A stretch of 45,693 bases of DNA from Candidatus Parcubacteria bacterium (lineage in GTDB: Bacteria > Patescibacteriota > Minisyncoccia > JAHIHE01 > JAGLIN01): positions 1-45,693 of the forward strand of contig JAGLLA010000009.1 in assembly GCA_023140775.1 (NCBI GenBank). Direction: 5' to 3'. Of this stretch, positions 8,994-18,207 are shown piece after piece. A program made the translations under genes and the position numbers. Within the stretch, counting starts at the first letter, position 1; each line of letters begins with the position of its first letter. Under the pieces are notes generated by a model. The model had not been told where the DNA came from. It searched no databases and worked only from the letters and a program-made list of their open reading frames with translations.

Positions 8994-10085
8994 TTATTTA
9001 TTTGCTAATTTCGTAAATTCATTTAAGTATTTTTCAGAAACTGTATTCCAACTATAATTCATAATTATAAATTCTCTTGTTTTTTTGATTGCATTATTCT
9101 CCTTTTTACTATTTAATAAATCATTAATAATCCTTGTATATTCATTTTTATCGTAAGGGGTTATTAAAAATCCTTTCTTATAATCCCTAAGTGCATCCTT
9201 GATTCCTTCTAGATTTGAAGCGACAACAGATAAACCGCAGGAAGCTGCCTCTAGTGTCACGAGCCCAAATCCTTCAGCATTGCCCTTGACCGGAATATTG
9301 GGCATTATAAAAATATTAGATGAATTGTAAATGAATTTTAATGTCGTAGTATCTATTTTTCCAAGGAGCTTGACGTGTTTATTAAGTTTTTTTTCTGCTA
9401 TAATCTTAGCAATTTTTTCATTCATCACTCCTTCTCCGATTACAAGATAAACAAAGTCTTTTCTTTTTTTCAGAATTTCAGGAATAACATTCTCGACAAA
9501 CCATTGAACTCCTTTTCTTTTAACTAATCTCCCTACTGAAATTATTATTTTCTTTTCCTCCAATGGAATTTTCAATGTTTTTTCTAATTCAAGTAGAATA
9601 TTCTTTTTATTCATATTTTCTATATAAAATTCATCTGAAATTCCATTTGTAATTATGGTTATTTTTTCAATGGGTACTTTTCTTTTTATGCACTCGTTCT
9701 TTGTATAATTGCTTATGCAGATTATTTTATCAAGTTTCGCAATGCTTTTAAGAACAAAATATTGATAAATTTTATTTGAATACACAATATCTAAAGCATG
9801 AGCTGTCATTATAACAGGTTTTTTGCTAAAAATCTTTAATATAAATCCTAGGGGAGCGATTGAACCGTCTGCAATATAAATAATATTAATTTTTTTGGTA
9901 AAAAGAATCAAAAATGATTTTAGGAGAAAAAACGGCACTACGATAAATAGCCACTTATTGGAACCGCCCCACTTAATAAGTTCTACCTCTTCTTTTCTCT
10001 CTAGTTGTCTATAAAGCTCGTAGGCAACTTTTTCCATTCCTCCTATTGAGGGAGGAAATTTTCTGGAAATATACAAAATTTTCAT
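8994..10085 (-). CDS. Glycosyltransferase family 1 (GT4-type)
   Basis: N-terminal FPPSIGGMEKVAYEL and C-terminal EGFGLVTLEAASCGLSVVASNLEGI motifs. Confidence 0.88.
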   Translation of the reverse strand: MKILYISRKFPPSIGGMEKVAYELYRQLERKEEVELIKWGGSNKWLFIVVPFFLLKSFLILFTKKINIIYIADGSIAPLGFILKIFSKKPVIMTAHALDIVYSNKIYQYFVLKSIAKLDKIICISNYTKNECIKRKVPIEKITIITNGISDEFYIENMNKKNILLELEKTLKIPLEEKKIIISVGRLVKRKGVQWFVENVIPEILKKRKDFVYLVIGEGVMNEKIAKIIAEKKLNKHVKLLGKIDTTTLKFIYNSSNIFIMPNIPVKGNAEGFGLVTLEAASCGLSVVASNLEGIKDALRDYKKGFLITPYDKNEYTRIINDLLNSKKENNAIKKTREFIIMNYSWNTVSEKYLNEFTKLANK

Positions 10086-10163
10086 ATGTATTTAGTGTGA
10101 TAAATATAAATTATAATCAAAGAATCTTCCACATAAAGATGCCTCACAGTTAAAGTTATTCTG

Positions 10164-10994
10164 CTAGTTGTAATTATTTCTTGAAATAACCATCAGTTTT
10201 GTACTTGGACCATTGATATTGTATTTTAATATAATTTTATCAATACTATAAAGTAATTTTCCTATTAAATTATTAAGCACTTTACCGTATTTCCCTGAAT
10301 TGTCAAATAAGACAATAATGCTTGCAATAAGATACCAAAGCAATAAGCGAGGTGAATGTAAGAATTTACTATTCAATGGTTTTGACATAAAATAAAAGAT
10401 TGGCTTGATGACTTTTATTTTCATTTCATTTTTTTTAAGCACTTCAATATACCTGCTAAGTGTTCTTAACTTCACATGAAAACTTTCTTGGTAAGAATGT
10501 TTCAAGTAGCTATCCATAATTAATATTATACTTTTTTCGTGTGATATTTTTTTTATATTTTGAATAATTTGCTCAAATTTATCTTCATCTAAAACATGAA
10601 ATAATACATCAAAAACGGTAATAATATCAAATTTTTCTTTTATTGGTAAATCAGGAGATGAAATATCAGCTCTGATGAATTTATACTCAGGATAAGCACT
10701 GCTCAGCTCTTTAACACTTTTTTCTGTTATGTCAATTCCTATAAATTCGGATATTTTCTTTTTTTTCCAATAATTCACATAAAATCCACTTCCAACGCCG
10801 AGTTCTAGGATTTTTTTATTTTCGCATGATATATTATGTTTTTCTATAGTTTGATCCAGAGTCCTTATTCTTGCTTTATAGAGCCATTTATTATATTGTT
10901 CTCCTAGTTTAGCATAGCCAACTCCTTTTAGATTAAAATTTTTTTCTAAGCGTCTTTCCCAAAAATCTTTAGGATTGTATCTTTTTTTGTTCAT
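10164..10994 (-). CDS. Class I SAM-dependent methyltransferase with a hydrophobic C-terminal tail
   Basis: Motif I ILELGVGSGFY, then DIITVFDVLFHV; the C-terminal region is hydrophobic. Confidence 0.8.
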   Translation of the reverse strand: MNKKRYNPKDFWERRLEKNFNLKGVGYAKLGEQYNKWLYKARIRTLDQTIEKHNISCENKKILELGVGSGFYVNYWKKKKISEFIGIDITEKSVKELSSAYPEYKFIRADISSPDLPIKEKFDIITVFDVLFHVLDEDKFEQIIQNIKKISHEKSIILIMDSYLKHSYQESFHVKLRTLSRYIEVLKKNEMKIKVIKPIFYFMSKPLNSKFLHSPRLLLWYLIASIIVLFDNSGKYGKVLNNLIGKLLYSIDKIILKYNINGPSTKLMVISRNNYN

Positions 10995-11032
10995 GACTCA
11001 GTCTATTAAAATATTATATCAATTTTTTGAGG

Positions 11033-11959
11033 TTAAGCTATATTATTTTTGCTATTATTTTTTCTTGAAATTTTTACAAACATTTCTCCGATCAATCCAA
11101 GAGAGATGAGTTGAATGCCCACCATAATAAACAAAATTCCTGCAATAAAAAGAGGCAATCTTCCTTGAATATTACCAAAAGTAAGTTTGAGATAGATAAT
11201 ATACATATTAATAACAAATCCTAGAAAAAGAGCAATACTTCCCAGTCCACCAAAGAAATGAGCAGGTCTTTTGAAATATTTAGTCAAAACCATAACTGTC
11301 AGCAGGTCTAGAAATCCGTTGAGAAATCGAATTGGTCCATATTTCGACTTTCCGAATTTTCTTTTGCGGTGATGAACTGGAATTTCAGTAATTTTATAAC
11401 CCTCATTTCCAGCCATCACAGGAATATACCTGTGCATTTGACCGTAGAGATCTAATCCCTTAGCAACTTCACCTTTGTAAGCCTTAAAGCCACAATTAAA
11501 GTCGTGTAATTTTATTTTCGAAAGGAGGGAAGTTACGAAATTAAAGAACTTAGAACTGCTATTTTTTACAAAAGAATCTTTGCGATTTTGTTTCCAGCCT
11601 GAAACAAGGTCGAAGCCTTCATCGATTTTATCGAGAAAATTGGGGATTTCTTGGGGATCATCTTGCAAGTCGGCGTCCATTGTAAAAATTGTTTCACCTA
11701 CTGCTTTTTTGAATCCTGCGCTCAAGGCAGATGCTTTGCCAAAGTTAGTTCGAAAATGTATTCCTGAAATGTGAATGTCTTTTGCAGTTAAATTTTCAAT
11801 AACCTCTTTTGTTTTGTCAGTGCTTCCGTCGTTGACAATGATTATTTCGTAGTTCTTGGTAATGTTTTTCAAAACATCTTTGATTTCGTCACATAAAAAT
11901 GGAAGATTTTCAGCCTCATTATATGCGGGAATTACAATTGATATTTCTTTATTGTTCAT
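11033..11959 (-). CDS. GT2-family polyprenol-phosphate glycosyltransferase (GtrB/ArnC/DPM1-like)
   Basis: ISIVIPAYNEAENL, VNDGSTDKT and TMDADLQDDP (DxD) motifs plus two C-terminal TM helices. This is the architecture of lipid-phosphate sugar synthases. Confidence 0.85.
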   Translation of the reverse strand: MNNKEISIVIPAYNEAENLPFLCDEIKDVLKNITKNYEIIIVNDGSTDKTKEVIENLTAKDIHISGIHFRTNFGKASALSAGFKKAVGETIFTMDADLQDDPQEIPNFLDKIDEGFDLVSGWKQNRKDSFVKNSSSKFFNFVTSLLSKIKLHDFNCGFKAYKGEVAKGLDLYGQMHRYIPVMAGNEGYKITEIPVHHRKRKFGKSKYGPIRFLNGFLDLLTVMVLTKYFKRPAHFFGGLGSIALFLGFVINMYIIYLKLTFGNIQGRLPLFIAGILFIMVGIQLISLGLIGEMFVKISRKNNSKNNIA

Positions 11960-12474
11960 TTTAAAATTATTTTAACTAATTTGATGATCTTAGTAATAAA
12001 TTACAGTATGTAGTTAGTTATTTTGTAGCTGTTTTTATTAAATTTTGCCATTTCAAGCGATAGTGAAGAATCTCGTTAATACTTAACACTTAATCGTACT
12101 GTCATTAGGTGAAACTTCTCATGGAATCATTTATTCTTTCACTAGCTGGTAATGATAGAGTATTTTTCAGTAGATGACTCTTACTTAGAAGATATTAGTT
12201 TTTATTACTTATAATAGTAGTTCACTTTGTTTTCTTTGGCAAACTTTAAATTGCCACTTCGAATCCTGGAGAGTGAGAAACGAGCCCGCCGTAGGCAGGT
12301 CCGTAAACTTTACAATGTAAAAAATTGAAAATTAGATGACATTTATGCAGCTAATTAACCTCTCAAGCGCTGCTCTCGTTTCGAGATGATAAATCCATTT
12401 AGATAAACTCAGGATTGACGGACATCGTTTTCTTAGAGAGGTCTTTTGATTTTTAATCTTAAATAATTCAATTA

Positions 12475-13812
12475 TCAAAAAGATGGTAAGGTTTTAATTT
12501 TTTCAACTTCTGAATGATATATAAGCAATCCTTGTGAGATCAAGATAAAAACAATAATCCAATAATAGACTATTTTTTTATCAGCTATTTTATTTTTTTT
12601 AATAAAGAGATTGCTAATTTCATAAATTCCAATTCCAGCTACTATTTGGAAGATAATTAAAATTGGAACAAGATAGCGAAAGGAATAAATTTTGCTAAAC
12701 GCAATTGTGAAAATGAAAAATGAAAAGAAATATATTATCAAAATCAAAAGCTCTTCATTTATTTTCTCTCTTATTCTAATTTTTTTTATTACCAACAAGA
12801 GGAATATTATAAGTATTGATATTATAAAAAGATTAAATGATATTAAAAAAGGATCTGTCAGATATGCTTTTGAAATATCTATAAAGTATAAGATATTGTG
12901 ATTATCGGAGACCATTCTTCTTGCTGTTTCTCCTGAAATTATTTTTTTAATAGATTGAGGGTTTGTGATGATAGTTGGCAGAAACAATATGGAAGTCATA
13001 AAGAAAACCAGAATCCAAATCAAATAATCAGAAATTATTTTTTTAAGTGGTTGTAAGATTTTCTTGTCACTATTTTTTGAGAGTAGGCAATTCAAAATAT
13101 TTCGCTTATAAAATAATAATACAAAAAAACTAAATGGGATCAAAAACAATCCTGATAGCTTTGTGAGAACCGCCCAAGATCCGAAAATTGCTGAAAAAAT
13201 GAGATATTTACCATTGCCTTTTTGACTTGCATATACCAAGAGACTTAAGATGCTGAGGGTGGAAAAAATACCTAAAAATTTATCGGTTGGCGTTGTAAAA
13301 TATATATAATAAGGCGTGGTGACAATAAGTAACAAGGAAAATGCTGTTGCCCATTTTGATGTTCCCAGTTTTTGCAAGAGATGATATAAAGAAAAAATAA
13401 AGAGAACAATAACTGAAAATATAGGTATGTTTAGTAAAAAACTGATTTGTTTATATGCGTTGTATATTTGTGCATTCTGTGAGTTGTCATTGATTATATT
13501 ATAGCCGACGCCAGATTCATTAAGAGAGATCATGAAATTGGCAATTAAATTAAAATCATAATTTAGAATTTCCATAAAAGGACCAACTGCCCACATCACC
13601 ATAATGCCTGGATGATATGATTGAATGAGGTTTGAAAAATCAAGGGCAATGAGATTATCAAAGAAAAATCGAGATCTGTACATCCAGAGAAGTTCGTCAA
13701 GATTTGTGAAATTCATAGAATGTTTTATTTTGAAAAAAAATAAAAATAAAATTCCGATAATTATTATCAGAAGAACTAAAAAAAAGTCTTTTAATTTTGC
13801 ATTTGTTTTCAT
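12475..13812 (-). CDS. GT-C fold membrane glycosyltransferase (ArnT/PMT, GT39/GT83-like), paralog A
   Basis: 445 aa and polytopic. First-loop motif NLDELLWMYRS (DE motif). Clearly paralogous to 13863..15194. Confidence 0.55.
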   Translation of the reverse strand: MKTNAKLKDFFLVLLIIIIGILFLFFFKIKHSMNFTNLDELLWMYRSRFFFDNLIALDFSNLIQSYHPGIMVMWAVGPFMEILNYDFNLIANFMISLNESGVGYNIINDNSQNAQIYNAYKQISFLLNIPIFSVIVLFIFSLYHLLQKLGTSKWATAFSLLLIVTTPYYIYFTTPTDKFLGIFSTLSILSLLVYASQKGNGKYLIFSAIFGSWAVLTKLSGLFLIPFSFFVLLFYKRNILNCLLSKNSDKKILQPLKKIISDYLIWILVFFMTSILFLPTIITNPQSIKKIISGETARRMVSDNHNILYFIDISKAYLTDPFLISFNLFIISILIIFLLLVIKKIRIREKINEELLILIIYFFSFFIFTIAFSKIYSFRYLVPILIIFQIVAGIGIYEISNLFIKKNKIADKKIVYYWIIVFILISQGLLIYHSEVEKIKTLPSF

Positions 13813-13862
13813 TTTTTAAACATTGCGATTTTAAATGTTTTGTGTCTATTTGCAAATTCAAC

Positions 13863-15194
13863 CTACCATAGCGTCGTGAACAGTGCTCCGTTGAGAATGA
13901 GAAATATAATTTGTAATATAATAGTCATAAAAAATATCGAGACATAAAAAATATTTTTGAATTTTTCGCTAGTGTTGTTTCTTTGAGCTATAATTTCCAC
14001 AACGCCGTAAAGTCCGATGGCTGCTAGTATGTTTAACATAATCAAAGCTGGAGTCATAAAGCGAGTGTCGCTATTGTCACTTATTGAGATAACCATAATA
14101 ATAAATAGTATTATGTAAGCGCTTATAATATTTATGTGTTTTGTGGGCAAATCTTTGAAAATATTATTATATTTTTTATTGTGCCTGATAAATAAAAATG
14201 ATAATAGTGATAAAAAGAATATATGAGAAAGGTATTGAGTTAGTATGGATAAGGATAAGCTGGCATATTTTAGCAAGCCTCCTGTGATTGGATTGTCAAT
14301 TGCTGGATTATTCGAAATAATGGCATTTGATCTAAAAACAAGATCATAGACCTCATTGGGATTGGTAATGATAGAAGGTAGGAAAATAATGTTTACTAAG
14401 GTAAATATAAAAATCCAGGTAAAATAATCCTTGAAGATCATTTTTAATTTTTCTTTGTTAAGGGGCCATCTGTAATAGATGAAAATCGAAAAATAAAATG
14501 GCAAGACAAACAGAGCTGATATTTTTGAAAGAACAGCCCAGGCACCAAAGACAGCAGAAAAAATCAAATATTTTTGATTTTCTCTTTTTGGGAGATAGAC
14601 AAGAATTGTCAGAAAGCTGAGCGTCATAAAAAAATTAAGCATTTTGTCAGAAGGTGTGGTCCAAAATTGCAAATATGTATTTGTGACAATAAACAGTAAT
14701 GAAAACGAAGCAATAATTCTGCCGAATCCAATTTTTTTCACGAGGTAATAAAAAGCAATAAAAAAAAGCACCAGTAACAGAAATAGTGGTGTATTAAAGG
14801 CAAAGCTTATTGTTTCATATGCTTTGTATGTTGCCATGTCGTGATTGTTGATGGCATAGTTGAAATCTAGCCCTTCGACTTCTTTGTCTGCAATTTTGAC
14901 CATCACATCATTAAAATCAAAATTGAAAAATTTCATCATAAAGCCCGTGAACCAATAGACGGTAATTCCTGGTTGAGCTGATTGGATCAGCCCCGAAAAG
15001 TCAAAAGCAAGAATTTTACTCCAAAAAATATCCGATCGATAATGCCAGAGCATTTCATCGAGATTTGGAAAGCTCCAAAAATTATTGATTTTATAAATGG
15101 CAGAGACGAGAAAGCCAGAAAAAATTATAAAAAGAACACAAACAAATTCTTCCAGTTTTTTGTAGTGTGATTTAAAATCAGATATTAAATTCAT
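13863..15194 (-). CDS. GT-C fold membrane glycosyltransferase (ArnT/PMT-like), paralog B
   Basis: NLDEMLWHYRS motif and polytopic topology. The start is reset to ATG at 15194 (MNLISDFK) because the ORF-track N-terminus is a read-through of tRNA-Leu. Confidence 0.55.
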   Translation of the reverse strand: MNLISDFKSHYKKLEEFVCVLFIIFSGFLVSAIYKINNFWSFPNLDEMLWHYRSDIFWSKILAFDFSGLIQSAQPGITVYWFTGFMMKFFNFDFNDVMVKIADKEVEGLDFNYAINNHDMATYKAYETISFAFNTPLFLLLVLFFIAFYYLVKKIGFGRIIASFSLLFIVTNTYLQFWTTPSDKMLNFFMTLSFLTILVYLPKRENQKYLIFSAVFGAWAVLSKISALFVLPFYFSIFIYYRWPLNKEKLKMIFKDYFTWIFIFTLVNIIFLPSIITNPNEVYDLVFRSNAIISNNPAIDNPITGGLLKYASLSLSILTQYLSHIFFLSLLSFLFIRHNKKYNNIFKDLPTKHINIISAYIILFIIMVISISDNSDTRFMTPALIMLNILAAIGLYGVVEIIAQRNNTSEKFKNIFYVSIFFMTIILQIIFLILNGALFTTLW

Positions 15195-15234
15195 AATACA
15201 TTCCCTTAGAATGAATTTATTTAACAAATTTGTG

Positions 15235-15314
15235 TGCAGGCGGTGGGAGTCGAACCCACAATCCGAGGAACATGGTCCTAAACCATGCGCGTATGCCAAT
15301 TCCGCCACGCCTGC
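15235..15314 (-). tRNA. tRNA-Leu (anticodon TAG), type II with a long variable arm; no encoded CCA
   Basis: Hand-folded cloverleaf: acceptor GCAGGCG/CGCCTGC, anticodon stem CATGG/CCATG with loop TTTAGGA, T arm GTGGG-TTCGACT-CCCAC. Confidence 0.9.
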
Positions 15315-15357
15315 AAAAAACAGCAATATACTAATAATATACTAATTTCTGAAAAAA

Positions 15358-16326
15358 TCAAGCCTGCGTTCGTTTTGAATGAAATTTTTTGTGAATATCT
15401 TTGAGGTGTTTGTTCGTGATGTGGGTATAGATTTGAGTTGTGGTTATGCTTGAATGTCCCAGCATTGATTGAACTGATCTGATGTCCGCGCCGTTGGTCA
15501 ATAGGTCTGTGGCAAAGCTATGCCTGAGGGTGTGAGGTGTGACCTTTTTGACAATGCCAGCTTTTGTAGCGCATAATCTTACGATTCTTTGAACACTTCT
15601 GGGAGTCAATCTGAGAGACGAAGCAGTGTCAGCTCTATTTTTTTTGTTTGATTTTTTGAAATGAATAAAAAGAGCTGGATCGACATCCTTTCTTTTTTTG
15701 AGATACTCAAGCAGTACTTTTTTGGCAGAATCAGAAATGAAGACGATTCTAATCTTTCCACCTTTTCCTCTAATCGAGAATTCTCCACTTTTCAAATTTA
15801 TACTGTCTCTGTTTAAGTTGGATAGTTCGGAAACTCGAAGTCCAGTTGAAAACAAAAGTTCTAAAATAGCATTGTTTCGTAAATCTGCAATATTATTCCC
15901 TTTTGATGCAGAAATAAGCCTTTTCATTTCATCTAGCTCCAGAAATTCAACCTCTCGGTCTTCAGTTTTTCCCAGCTCAATTTTCTCGCTAGGTAGAGAT
16001 TGAATGTCTCGTTTGGCAAGATAAGCCAAAAATCCACGAATGGCAATTATATAATAATCTTGAGTCACTTTTTTTAGACCATCTCCTTTTTCATTACAAT
16101 ATCTGTTTAGATAGAGTCGAAACTTTCTAACCAGATTACTTGTAATATTTTCAGGACGACTAATTTCAGACCACTCGAAAAAACGTGACAAATAGTGGTC
16201 ATAATTTCTGATAGTGAGCGGGGATCGATTTTTTTCAATTTCAAGATACTCTAGATACTCACTTTTTAGCTTAGTTATTTCTTTTATTGACATATTATCG
16301 TAGTATGTTAGTATATCTTTGCTCAA
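15358..16326 (-). CDS. Tyrosine site-specific recombinase, XerC/XerD family
   Basis: N-terminal SAM-like domain and C-terminal catalytic motifs LFSTGLRVSEL and HTLRHSFATDLLTNGADIRSVQSMLGHSSITTTQIYTH. Confidence 0.88.
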   Translation of the reverse strand: MSKDILTYYDNMSIKEITKLKSEYLEYLEIEKNRSPLTIRNYDHYLSRFFEWSEISRPENITSNLVRKFRLYLNRYCNEKGDGLKKVTQDYYIIAIRGFLAYLAKRDIQSLPSEKIELGKTEDREVEFLELDEMKRLISASKGNNIADLRNNAILELLFSTGLRVSELSNLNRDSINLKSGEFSIRGKGGKIRIVFISDSAKKVLLEYLKKRKDVDPALFIHFKKSNKKNRADTASSLRLTPRSVQRIVRLCATKAGIVKKVTPHTLRHSFATDLLTNGADIRSVQSMLGHSSITTTQIYTHITNKHLKDIHKKFHSKRTQA

Positions 16327-16579
16327 AGAAAGATAGACTAGGTGAATTATATTAATATATTTTGCTTAGGTTTTTTGTGTTAATATCACGACCCAATAAC
16401 TAGATATGATTATATTCTAGGACAAAATTGGTCACTTGTCTATTCTTTGGTTTTGTGCTATTATTTCTATATGAAAAAAGTGTTTTGTATAACGGTTTGT
16501 CAATCGATTAATTATCATAAGGGTTGTATAATTTACTGTTATCTGAAATGAAAAATTTACTTAATTAATAATTAAAAAG

Positions 16580-16894
16580 ATGATTAAAAAAGAAAAAAAG
16601 AAAAAAATCATGAAGACCTATAGGGCGCATGATGATGATACAGGATCTTCTGAGATTCAAGTAGCAATCCTGACGGAAAGAATCAAAGAACTTACCTCTC
16701 ATTTGAAAGATAATCACAAGGACAATCATTCCAGAAGAGGTCTTTTACAAATGGTGGCTAAGAGAAAGAAACTGCTCAAGGACATCCAAGGAAGAAGCGA
16801 AGAAAGATATGGAAAAATTGTCACATCGTTAAAGTTAAAAGCAGCTAAATCACTCAAAAAAGCTGATGATTCAAAAAAAGAGGATGAAAAATAA
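16580..16894 (+). CDS. rpsO: 30S ribosomal protein S15 with a Lys-rich C-terminal extension
   Basis: DTGSSEIQVAILTERIKELTSHLKDNHKDNHSRRGLLQMVAKRKKLL matches the conserved S15 core. Confidence 0.9.
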   Translation: MIKKEKKKKIMKTYRAHDDDTGSSEIQVAILTERIKELTSHLKDNHKDNHSRRGLLQMVAKRKKLLKDIQGRSEERYGKIVTSLKLKAAKSLKKADDSKKEDEK

Positions 16895-17438
16895 TAGCAG
16901 TAATGCTAGTAATAAAAAAGAAGACATTGATTACAAGAGCTTGAAACACAAAGATCAGAGGATTGGGGTTTTTGTTGACGCTCAAAATATGTATCACAGC
17001 GCCAGAAATTTATATCAAGCGCGAGTAAATTTCAAAAATGTGCTAGAGGTGGCGGTTTCAGGGAGAATTTTGATTAGAGCGATAACTTATGTTATCAAAA
17101 CTGAAAGTGGTGAAGAAAAATCTTTTTTTGAAGCAATGGAAAAACTGGGATTCGAGATCAAGGAAAAGGATTTACAAATTTTTCCAGGTGGCCAGAAAAA
17201 AGCTGATTGGGATGTTGGACTTGCAGTTGATACGATCAAACTTGCTGACAAACTTGATGTAGTCGTGATCGTCTCAGGTGACGGAGATTACGAGCCATTA
17301 GTTGAATATCTGAAAGTGAATAAAGGATGTCGGGTAGAAACTGTCGCTTTTGGAGAAAGCACCTCGAGTAAGCTGATCGATATTGCAGATGAATTCACCG
17401 ATTTGAGCAAAGATAAAAAAAGATTCCTAATAAAATAG
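16866..17438 (+). CDS. NYN-domain (LabA/DUF88-like) predicted ribonuclease
   Basis: IGVFVDAQNMYHSARN and DVVVIVSGDGDYEPLVEYLK are typical of LabA-like NYN domains. It overlaps the rpsO 3' end; an alternative ATG lies at 16884. Confidence 0.7.
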   Translation: MIQKKRMKNNSSNASNKKEDIDYKSLKHKDQRIGVFVDAQNMYHSARNLYQARVNFKNVLEVAVSGRILIRAITYVIKTESGEEKSFFEAMEKLGFEIKEKDLQIFPGGQKKADWDVGLAVDTIKLADKLDVVVIVSGDGDYEPLVEYLKVNKGCRVETVAFGESTSSKLIDIADEFTDLSKDKKRFLIK

Positions 17439-18017
17439 CTTCTTATGGTCTTAAATTTGTGAATTTTAAAATTTTTTATACCGTGATTCTGAAAGAGTGA
17501 AACGATTGAAGAATCCCGTGAGATGTTACATCTGGTATTGATATGCAATATTTCTTTTCAGTAATAATGGAATCATTACTGTCGTATCTTTCTTATAATG
17601 ACAATATTATTTCAATATTTTGAACAATTCAATAATTTATATTTATTATGTTCGAGAAGTTAAAACAAAAATTAAGAAATAAATTCAAAAAATTAAGAAA
17701 AGCTATTTTTTTGGCTTTTGTTTCTTATATTTACGATAAAGTTACAAACAGGAAAGATAAGAAAAAATACATTGAAGATGTGGATTATAAGGTTGAAAAA
17801 AAAGATGTTGATAAACTGAAATAGTTTTTTGTCATTTTCTTGTAGGGGAGAATTGCATTCGCCCAAAAAAACAAAAAAAGAATCCCGCAAGAAGTTTCAC
17901 AAGTTTATAAAATAAAATTTTAGTTGTCGACTGGAGTGAAGCGAGGTACGAACAAGCGGAATGGAGAAATCGCTTTTAATCTCGTATGATTATTAAAAAT
18001 ATAATTTGAAAATCAAT

Positions 18018-18072
18018 TGGAGTTCAGGTTTTAACCTGTAAAATGTATTTACAGACTGAAGTCTGAACTCCA
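18018..18072 (+). promoter_or_regulatory. Long compound hairpin in the pnp 5' leader
   Basis: TGGAGTTCAG ... CTGAACTCCA outer stem (10 bp) encloses CTGTAAA-atgta-TTTACAG. It sits about 135 nt upstream of the pnp ATG. Confidence 0.5.
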
Positions 18073-18207
18073 GAAGTATATTTATGGTTTAGAGCTAATA
18101 ATAACTAATTAATCAATTTACTGATCTATAAACAATTAGATTATAATATTGTTTCAAAAACAATATCGTCTAGAGTTTGCAGGTCAGTAAATTAAAGGAA
18201 AACGAAA

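Noticed and set aside
12240-12460. tmRNA (ssrA) candidate. It was suggested by GGATTCGAAG on the minus strand, by a TTA-GCT-GCA-TAA (LAA-stop) string, and by GCC-AAA-GAA... ending TAATAA.
   Set aside because: There is no GGGG 5' end at the right distance and no T arm followed by an acceptor 3' strand and CCA. The LAA string is preceded by an in-frame stop. The alternative tag would end in YYYK, which is atypical. It is kept only as an unexplained structured spacer.
15195-15326. N-terminal 44 residues of tracked ORF 13863..15326 (MLFFAGVAELAYAHGLGPCSSDCGFDSHRLH...)
   Set aside because: This segment is the translation of the minus-strand tRNA-Leu gene and its flank. The paralog 12475..13812 aligns from the internal MNLISDFK, so the CDS start was moved to 15194.
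15235-16326. Integrase next to a tRNA as the edge of a prophage or integrative element
   Set aside because: The recombinase lies upstream of the tRNA-Leu 5' end rather than downstream of its 3' end. No repeat of the tRNA-Leu 3' end was found in the window. The protein has the XerC/XerD-type layout, so a housekeeping Xer role is the simpler reading, although this is not proven.
17693-17890. Minus-strand ORF 17693..17890 (65 aa) in the NYN-pnp spacer
   Set aside because: It has no RBS and a low-complexity AT-driven sequence, and it lies in a spacer with repeat and hairpin elements.
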